A stretch of DNA of 64,000 nt, from NCBI GenBank assembly GCA_023665755.1, contig JAMPDF010000001.1, forward strand, positions 344,181 through 408,180, read 5' to 3'. The notes under the pieces were generated by a model that ran no database searches, had not been told where the DNA came from, and saw only the letters and a program-made list of their open reading frames with translations. The translations under genes were made by a program, and so were the position numbers. The stretch is from Prevotella sp. Lineage in GTDB: Bacteria; Bacillota_I; Bacilli_A; ML615J-28; CAG-313. Positions 40,029 through 46,509 of the stretch are shown piece by piece; position 1 is the first letter of the stretch, and each line of letters opens with the position of its first letter.

Positions 40029-40286
40029 CTACTCCCCATTCAAATCGTATAGTTCGATAATGATTATTCTTCTATCTTGCTCATCGATTATTTCTTCTTT
40101 AATAAACGGAAAAGCGCCTATCAAAACACCTGTTCCTTTCTCATTTGCAAAGGCGATAGCCTTCATTGTTTGGTTGATTGCACCTGCTCCAATGCACTTG
40201 ATTTTGACATCTTCCTTCTGTATATTCTTCAATATATACGTTCCTAAAGCAGCTGGTTTGGTTTTGCTGCTACACTTTAAAATCAT
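40029..40286 (-). CDS. SpoVS (stage V sporulation protein S) family protein encoded in the phage early operon.
   Basis: 85 aa. KCIGAGAINQTMKAIAFANEKG...IIIELYDL aligns with B. subtilis SpoVS (AIGAGALNQAVKAVAIARGF...IKLIVEPR). A strong AGGAGG RBS precedes it. Confidence 0.6.
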   Translation of the reverse strand: MILKCSSKTKPAALGTYILKNIQKEDVKIKCIGAGAINQTMKAIAFANEKGTGVLIGAFPFIKEEIIDEQDRRIIIIELYDLNGE

Positions 40287-40302
40287 ATTTTCTCCTCCTT
40301 TA

Positions 40303-40458
40303 ATTTAATGATTTTGCCTTCTTGAGTGACTTCGATTAGCCCCTCTTTTATCTTTTTTTCTAACAAACTGTAAACAAAAATACCCATACGATCTAGAGAT
40401 TTTTGTTTTGATTCGTTATAAATTATTTCAATTTCGTTGTATAACTCTGTTTCCATTG
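40303..40458 (-). CDS. Small protein (51 aa) that was not in the ORF track. It is the first gene after the ribozyme.
   Basis: METELYNEIEIIYNESKQKSLDRMGIFVYSLLEKKIKEGLIEVTQEGKIIKL. Its stop overlaps the SpoVS RBS. Confidence 0.3.
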
Positions 40459-40607
40459 AATCTTCTCCTTTCTCTCAATCGTATGAGTATAATTTGTTAA
40501 ATATGCAAAGCTAGACTGTGCCTAATTAAGTTTAGCCATGATTGGTACAAAGTAATGTAGTTATTTCCTGGGGGGAAGCCATGGATAGACACTTTGCATT
40601 TGGCTTG

Positions 40608-40670
40608 TGCCAAGACCATCGCCATTTAGGCTAGGTTTCGCCTGAGTTGCACAGGCTCATCAGTTGGCTA
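40608..40670 (-). ncRNA. Hammerhead ribozyme, type I topology, in the early leftward transcript.
   Basis: Minus strand: UAGCCAA-CUGAUGA-GCCUG(UGCAACU)CAGGC-GAAA-CC..GGU-C-UUGGCA. The full conserved core is present (CUGAUGA, GAA, G10.1-C11.1, A15.1-U16.1, GUC cleavage triplet). Stem II is 5 bp. Stem I is UUGGC/GCCAA. Stem III is ACC/GGU plus an inner GCC-UAAAU-GGC. Confidence 0.6.
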
Positions 40671-40722
40671 TTTGTCAATGTTACAATTGTTTTTTGCTTT
40701 TCAGTCATGAAAATAGAGACAA

Positions 40723-40911
40723 TTATTTTAAAAAAATATTGATATCAACATTGTAATGGCTAGCAATTATTTGAACTTCGCTAAATTTAAATTCTGTTTT
40801 TCCCTTCATTTTATGATATAAAGATGTAACATGAATATTTAACAATTTAGCAATATCTTCTTGGGTATCGCCATGTTCTGCCATTAAACCTTTTAATTTT
40901 GAAATGTTCAT
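40723..40911 (-). CDS. Cro-like XRE-family HTH regulator.
   Basis: 62 aa. HTH QEDIAKLLNIHVTSLYHKMKG. Confidence 0.6.
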   Translation of the reverse strand: MNISKLKGLMAEHGDTQEDIAKLLNIHVTSLYHKMKGKTEFKFSEVQIIASHYNVDINIFLK

Positions 40912-41000
40912 TTTTAATCTCCTTTCTTGTATTATATTTATTTTTGCCCTTTACAATTTTTAAACTATATGATAAAATTTTGTCGAAAGGGGGTGATGTT

Positions 41001-41144
41001 ATGCCAAATTCAAAGCAAACATCTAAGAAAGTCGCTACAAAAGCTTCTAAAATACTTAACGATAATAGATACAGCAAAACATCGAAAAGTGTTGCAGGAA
41101 GCGCATTAGCTCAAACCAAAACGTCAAATAAAACTAAAAAATAG
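41001..41144 (+). CDS. Small basic protein (47 aa) divergent from cro.
   Basis: Strong RBS AAAGGGGGTGAT before the ATG. MPNSKQTSKKVATKASKILNDNRYSKTSKSVAGSALAQTKTSNKTKK. Confidence 0.35.
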   Translation: MPNSKQTSKKVATKASKILNDNRYSKTSKSVAGSALAQTKTSNKTKK

Positions 41145-41469
41145 TTTTATTGTCGTTTAAAATTTGATAGATTGAACTTGCTAAACTATCTATCAAATGC
41201 TCATTATCGTGTTCTTCTGCGAATCCTAATTGTTCAAATATACTATGTAGGATTTCGTGTAGTAACACGATTTTTTTTCGCTCCTCGCTTAATCCTTTTT
41301 TTAATAAAATAACTTGATCTATATGATTTATCTCACCTATTTGGCTTCCTCCATGTGAAATACATTCTACCTCTCTTATTTCAAATTCCAAATTAAGAAT
41401 TTTAATTTTATTGACAGATATGTTTTGTGTCGCTATCGTTTCATTTATTGATCCTTTTTCCCAATCCAT
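41134..41469 (-). CDS. ImmA/IrrE-family metallopeptidase domain protein (anti-repressor protease-like).
   Basis: HEXXH embedded in LLHEILHSIFEQ. 111 aa. Confidence 0.5.
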   Translation of the reverse strand: MDWEKGSINETIATQNISVNKIKILNLEFEIREVECISHGGSQIGEINHIDQVILLKKGLSEERKKIVLLHEILHSIFEQLGFAEEHDNEHLIDSLASSIYQILNDNKTIF

Positions 41470-41470
41470 T

Positions 41471-41845
41471 TTATTCCTCCTGATCTATATCTTCTTTAAT
41501 AAATTTTGCTATTCTTTCAGCATTCATATCAATTCTTTTTAATTGTTTTTTGTATTTTGAGCGAACTCTTTTTATGGTAGGTGGATCAAATCTTTTATCT
41601 ATTCTTACTGTACGGCTATCTTTTAAAAATTCCTTTTTAGCTTTTCTTGTCGGTTCTTTAACTAGCGTTTTAAAAGTATTTTTGGAAAAACTGAGTGTTT
41701 TTTCCTCATTATTTCCTTTTTGATAATATAAGCTATATTCTATTTCCATTCGTATTTTTATATCATCACCTAAATATTTTTTTATCTTTTTTAAAAATAT
41801 TTTCTTTTTTGAAAACATGTTATTCTCCTTAAAAAAATGTGTCAA
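41471..41845 (-). CDS. Basic hypothetical protein.
   Basis: 124 aa, K/R-rich. Stop/start coupled to the ImmA-like gene. Confidence 0.35.
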   Translation of the reverse strand: MTHFFKENNMFSKKKIFLKKIKKYLGDDIKIRMEIEYSLYYQKGNNEEKTLSFSKNTFKTLVKEPTRKAKKEFLKDSRTVRIDKRFDPPTIKRVRSKYKKQLKRIDMNAERIAKFIKEDIDQEE

Positions 41846-42170
41846 AAAGCCTTACTTTTTAACACACTAAAAATTTATATTTAAATAATCCTCGTGAGTT
41901 TTCGACAATTCCACAAGGCATAAGGCTATCAAGTTGCCACCTCTTTTTTCCAATCAATTGCAATTCACAAAAGCTTAAGCCGTGATGCTTTTGCTACGAT
42001 AGCATTCTATATTTACTGATACTGTGCTATCTTTCTCGAGTGTGTTTCGGTAAGTGGTGCAACTCGAGCTGCAAGTGTTCCACTCTTTACTACCAACGTT
42101 ATAATTCTTTCGGCTAGGCTTTCAAACGTTCTATTCCTAGCGACTAGGTATCAACTAGTCATATATAAAA

Positions 42171-42428
42171 TTAAATCATTAGCCATCCTTTTGACGTTTC
42201 GTCAAGAATTGTAAAAACAGGTTTATGGGATAAAATTCCCCCATTCCCCCATTTGTACACAGTTATCTCACGAACATTTGTTTCTTCACTTAAACAAACG
42301 TTCTTATTATAGCGATTATCTAATGCGGCTTTAATTGCCTCATTTAGTGAAGAAAACGAACCTATATAATAGGTACCACTTTTCATCCTAGATTTTTTTC
42401 CTCTAATTTCTGATGCAACAACAAACAT
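42171..42428 (-). CDS. Hypothetical protein. It may be the 3' part of a degraded gene together with the frame fragment at 42448..42600.
   Basis: 85 aa ORF. An upstream out-of-frame fragment (..VIVHSDNGFKYEG..) reads like a gene remnant. Confidence 0.25.
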   Translation of the reverse strand: MFVVASEIRGKKSRMKSGTYYIGSFSSLNEAIKAALDNRYNKNVCLSEETNVREITVYKWGNGGILSHKPVFTILDETSKGWLMI

Positions 42429-42745
42429 ATTTTCCTCCTTTATTCAATAATTATATATAATGTCTTTTTGGATAATTCCCATTTTACAACTTCATTACTT
42501 GATTTTTTCCATATATCAAATAACTCAATTGTTTGGGGAGTATCCCAAGTTCCTTCATATTTAAATCCATTATCTGAATGAACAATCACTTTGTTATATT
42601 TACGTTATTTTGTCAGTGTTTTTATGACATCAACAACATTATAACAATTTTTTGCTGACAAGTCAAGTGTTTTGTCATTATTTTATTGTTTTTTTTCAAA
42701 TCAAATGCTATAATTTGATAGTAAATTAAAAGAGGTGTCACTATA

Positions 42746-43087
42746 ATGCTAAAAAATAATATAAAATTTCTAAGAAAAGAACAAAAAATTACAATAAGAG
42801 ATTTAGAAGAGAAAGTACATATTAATAGAACAACATTATCAAGAATGGAAAACGGATTACAAAATATTAGTGATGAATATCTTCATACACTATCTAATTT
42901 TTTCAATGTGTCTACAGACTACTTATTAGGACTATCAGATATTCGCAATCCTGAAAAGGAATTGAATAAACAACAAGAATCAGATCCTATCTTCTTCTCA
43001 TTATATGATGAAGTAAAGGAATTAACTGAAGAACAAAAGGAGGAGATATTAGATATAATCAAAAAATTAAAAGCTTTTAAAAAATAA
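42746..43087 (+). CDS. cI-like XRE-family repressor.
   Basis: The HTH QKITIRDLEEKVHINRTTLSRMENG sits at the N-terminus. A TATAAT at about 42709 lies upstream. The gene is divergent from the early operon. Confidence 0.6.
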   Translation: MLKNNIKFLRKEQKITIRDLEEKVHINRTTLSRMENGLQNISDEYLHTLSNFFNVSTDYLLGLSDIRNPEKELNKQQESDPIFFSLYDEVKELTEEQKEEILDIIKKLKAFKK

Positions 43088-43116
43088 CGCATTATACATA
43101 TTTAGGAGGGGGAATA

Positions 43117-43317
43117 ATGTTAAAGGAGGCGAATTTAAAAAGTATCAATGGTATTGTTGTTAAAATAGACAATACTTTTTACATCGTTTACGACGAAAAA
43201 CTTAGTGATGGCGAAAAAGAAAAACTAATTAATTGTCTACAAACTCATATCAAACTAAACAGGTTTGATTTCAAACTCATTGGCAATGAAATCATTGAAA
43301 GTGAGGTAATAAAATGA
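43117..43317 (+). CDS. Small protein between the repressor and the integrase.
   Basis: 66 aa. RBS GGAGGGGG. It overlaps the integrase start. Confidence 0.35.
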   Translation: MLKEANLKSINGIVVKIDNTFYIVYDEKLSDGEKEKLINCLQTHIKLNRFDFKLIGNEIIESEVIK

Positions 43318-44750
43318 AAACAGTGCTCTACATAAGAGTATCAACTAAAGAGCAAGCCAAAGAAGGCTTTTCAATTCCGTTTCAAAAAGAAAAACTATGC
43401 AAGTATTGCGAAATGATGAATTGGGATATAGTCGATATTTATTCGGATGAAGGAATATCAGGCTCTACAATTGAAAAAAGACCTGCAGCAACACGTATGC
43501 TACAGGATGCAAAAAAGAAATTATTTGAAAATATATTAATATTAAGAGTAGACAGACTTTGCAGAAACACAAAGGATTTACTCGAAATTGTTGATTTGCT
43601 AAAAGAATACGACATAAGTCTAAATGCAATTGATCAACAAATTGACTATAAAACAAGCATCGGTAAAATGACGCTTACCATTCTAGGTACTTTTGCTGAA
43701 TTTGAACACTCTATCATTCACGAACGTATGATGGAAGGAAAAAGGCAAAAAGCAACTACAACAGGCATCAAGATGATAGGTAGACGTGTTCCATATGGAT
43801 ATGACTACATCGACAAAAAACTAATTGCTAATCAATTTGCACCAACAATTAAACTAATATTTGAAAAAGTAGCTGAAGGATACGGATATAATTCAACAGC
43901 TACTTTTTTACGCAAAAATAATGTGCCAACTATTGATGTGTTAGACTGGAATAGAAATCAGATAAAAAAGATTATCAATAATAAAGTATACATGGGTCAT
44001 TGTTGTGTCAAATTTGATAGAATTGAAGTTGTTGATGTAGTAGCGACAAACGTTGAACCTATTGTAAGCGAGGAACTTTGGCACAAAGCAAACGATATTC
44101 AATCGTTTAAAACTAAAAATGGCATCAAAAAATATGCCTATGATGATTTCATATTTGCTGATGTCCTCTACTGTTCAAGGTGTGGCTGGAAATTATCATC
44201 AAAGAAATATAAAAGAAAAGGAAAAAATAAGGATGATTATACATTCTACCGCTATTATAAATGCATCTACAACGAGTGGCATTTAAGCAATCCAGTATGC
44301 AATACTAAAATTGTAAATGCTGAAAAATTTGAAAAAGCATTTATTGAATTTATTAAGCAATACCATATCCAATTAAAGAAAGAGAAAAAAAAGGAAAATG
44401 ATCCTTCTTTTAATGATGATTTTTTGGAAAAAGAATTAGCAAATTTAGTAAGGCAAAAATCAAAATTATTGGATAAATATTTAAACGGCTTTATTGAGGA
44501 TGAGATGTACTTTTCTAAAAATAGCACATTATCAGAAGAAATTAAAAGTTTAAAAGAAAAGATTGAAAGTAAAAAGTATATTAATAAGGAAGAAAAAGAA
44601 ATAGATCTAAATTATTTGGAAAGCATAAAAGTGATATTAAGCGATATTTGGGAAATAATGAGCGATAAAGAAAAAAGAGTTTTTATATCGACAACTTTTG
44701 AAAAGATTTTAATTGATAATGGGCAAATAAAACAGGTAATATTTAGATAA
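43314..44750 (+). CDS. Large serine recombinase (phage integrase).
   Basis: Resolvase-type N-terminus MKTVLYIRVSTKEQ..GFSIPFQ. Recombinase and zinc-ribbon region (CSRCGWKL). C-terminal coiled-coil. 478 aa, at the prophage edge. Confidence 0.8.
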   Translation: MKTVLYIRVSTKEQAKEGFSIPFQKEKLCKYCEMMNWDIVDIYSDEGISGSTIEKRPAATRMLQDAKKKLFENILILRVDRLCRNTKDLLEIVDLLKEYDISLNAIDQQIDYKTSIGKMTLTILGTFAEFEHSIIHERMMEGKRQKATTTGIKMIGRRVPYGYDYIDKKLIANQFAPTIKLIFEKVAEGYGYNSTATFLRKNNVPTIDVLDWNRNQIKKIINNKVYMGHCCVKFDRIEVVDVVATNVEPIVSEELWHKANDIQSFKTKNGIKKYAYDDFIFADVLYCSRCGWKLSSKKYKRKGKNKDDYTFYRYYKCIYNEWHLSNPVCNTKIVNAEKFEKAFIEFIKQYHIQLKKEKKKENDPSFNDDFLEKELANLVRQKSKLLDKYLNGFIEDEMYFSKNSTLSEEIKSLKEKIESKKYINKEEKEIDLNYLESIKVILSDIWEIMSDKEKRVFISTTFEKILIDNGQIKQVIFR

Positions 44751-44751
44751 A

Positions 44752-44783
44752 CTTGACTAATTTGTAAAAATTTGTTATAATAT
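44752..44783 (+). promoter_or_regulatory. Consensus-like promoter TTGACT-17-TATAAT immediately after the integrase gene.
   Basis: TTGACT at 44752..44757 and TATAAT at 44775..44780. A hairpin plus T-run follows at about 44815..44880. Confidence 0.35.
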
Positions 44784-44879
44784 AATAGCAGTTAGAATTT
44801 CTAAGCTGTATACCTATGGCAGTGAATTAACGTTTAAACGATATGTAATATCGTCACCCATAGGGTTCTTCTTCTTATT

Positions 44880-45632
44880 TTAATAATAAGTATATGCAAT
44901 AAAAAAATCCAATTTCTTTTGTGAAGTTGGATTTTTTTTGTCTTTTGTCGCCCAGACAAATACCTGAGATCCGTACATAATTAAATAGCCTATTCCATAT
45001 CTTGATACAATAAATTCTCCTACAATAACACCTACCCAAGACATCCCAATATTGATTTTAACAATACTGACTAGATTAGTCAAATTAGCAGGTAAAATAA
45101 GTTTGGTTAAAATTTGCCATTTACTGGCTTTAAAACTTTGTAACATTTTTATTTTTTCTTCTTCTACTTGTACAAATGCACTATGAGCTGATATGATAGT
45201 GAGCACCAGTGAAATAGAAATAGCTACTGCTGTAATCCCCTTAATGCCTGTGCCTATCCAAATGATAATGATTGGGGCAAGTGCCGTTTTTGGAAGTGCA
45301 TTAAATACAACTAAAAACGGATCACATATTTTTGCCAATGTTTTATTCCACCAAAGAGCAATGGCTATCCCTATTCCTGCTAGTGTTCCAATGATTAGCC
45401 CTAGCATAGTCTCTAATACAGAAATGCCAATATGCTTATAGATTTCTTTTGTCTCAATATATCTTTTTAACAATGCCCCTATTTTAGATGGCCGGCTAAA
45501 TAAAAATGCATCAATAATTTCAAATCGAGAACATAATTCCCATGAAACAAGAAACACCACCAAGAGAAGGATTTGAGTGATTAAGACCGTTATTGCTTTC
45601 TTTCTTTTTTCAATTAAATATGGATTATTCAT
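44880..45632 (-). CDS. ABC transporter permease (SsuC/ThiX-like). Its 3' end has been replaced by phage-derived codons.
   Basis: Six-TM permease body. The last 17 codons (..KNPTSQKKLDFFIAYTYY) run into phage att-arm DNA. The true C-terminus is at 4965..5087. Confidence 0.65.
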   Translation of the reverse strand: MNNPYLIEKRKKAITVLITQILLLVVFLVSWELCSRFEIIDAFLFSRPSKIGALLKRYIETKEIYKHIGISVLETMLGLIIGTLAGIGIAIALWWNKTLAKICDPFLVVFNALPKTALAPIIIIWIGTGIKGITAVAISISLVLTIISAHSAFVQVEEEKIKMLQSFKASKWQILTKLILPANLTNLVSIVKINIGMSWVGVIVGEFIVSRYGIGYLIMYGSQVFVWATKDKKNPTSQKKLDFFIAYTYY

Positions 45633-46359
45633 TCAATAGCCCCCATATTTCATCAAAATAAATTCGAAATTCTTTAGATAAACGTTTAGCGTAGGGTGTA
45701 TTCTCAGTTGTATCTGTTACAATGGGAATAATCTTTTTAAGTCTAGCAGGCCTGTGACTCAATACAATGACTCGATCTGCCATCGCTATAGCTTCTGATA
45801 TATCATGTGTAACCAAAATTGCTGATACATGTGAATCTTTAATCATTTGATGAATATCATCACTTACTGTAATTCGCGTTTGATAGTCTAGTGCTGAGAA
45901 TGGCTCATCTAGTAATAAAACATCTGGGTTAGTTGCAAGTGTTCTAATTAATGCTATTCGTTGTCGCATTCCACCTGATAGTTCTTGAGGATAATTATTG
46001 ATGAAATCTGATAAATCGTATTTTTTCAATAGATCTCTGATTTTTTCTAATTTTTGATCATCAATATCTTTTTTTATTTCTAAACCAATTAGAATATTTT
46101 TCCACACTGTTCGCCAATTGAATAAGTGATCTCTTTGAAACATATACCCAATATCTCCATCAACAATAATTTCTCCTTCTGTTGGATCCAATAATTTGGA
46201 AATAATATTTAGCAAAGTAGATTTTCCAGAACCACTTGGACCAACTATTGCTATAATTTCTCCTTCTTCTAAATCAAATGAAATATCATCTAAAACATCA
46301 AGTGCACCTATTTCAGTATAGAAAGTCTTTTTTACATTTTTCATCTCTAGCTTCTTCAT
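45625..46359 (-). CDS. ABC transporter ATP-binding protein (NitT/TauT family, SsuB-like).
   Basis: Walker A GPSGSGKST, signature LSGGMRQR, Walker B LLLDEP. RBS AAAGAGGCGAGGA before the MKKLEM start. Confidence 0.85.
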   Translation of the reverse strand: MKKLEMKNVKKTFYTEIGALDVLDDISFDLEEGEIIAIVGPSGSGKSTLLNIISKLLDPTEGEIIVDGDIGYMFQRDHLFNWRTVWKNILIGLEIKKDIDDQKLEKIRDLLKKYDLSDFINNYPQELSGGMRQRIALIRTLATNPDVLLLDEPFSALDYQTRITVSDDIHQMIKDSHVSAILVTHDISEAIAMADRVIVLSHRPARLKKIIPIVTDTTENTPYAKRLSKEFRIYFDEIWGLLNE

Positions 46360-46509
46360 TATCCTCGCCTCTTTCAAGTACACTTTATCATATTCATTAA
46401 ATTCTATTTCGTGTGGGCAAAAAAACCCTGTTCATTTTAGAACAGGGTGATGATATATTTTTTCATTTTTCAATATGAATAGGTCTTACAATATACGATT
46501 AATTATCTA

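Larger units (their letters stand above)
5088..44958. mobile_element. Integrated prophage of about 39.9 kb carrying a large serine recombinase. It inserted into the 3' end of the ABC permease gene. Junction coordinates are approximate, to within about 15 bp.
   Basis: Terminase, portal, MuF, scaffold, capsid, tail, recombination, lysogeny and integrase modules are all present. The host transporter operon is split. A shared AATAC sits at 5083..5087 and 44959..44963. Confidence 0.8.

Noticed and set aside
42030-42075. CGAAAC plus a CTCGAG..CTCGAG hairpin on the minus strand, examined as a possible second hammerhead.
   Set aside because: No CUGAUGA box upstream and no stem II. Only one half of the core is present.
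5083-44963. Attempt to define inverted-repeat arms and the exact crossover dinucleotide of attL and attR.
   Set aside because: Only a shared AATAC and weak partial symmetry (GTCTG / CAGAC) could be seen. The exact core cannot be fixed without a prophage-free attB sequence.
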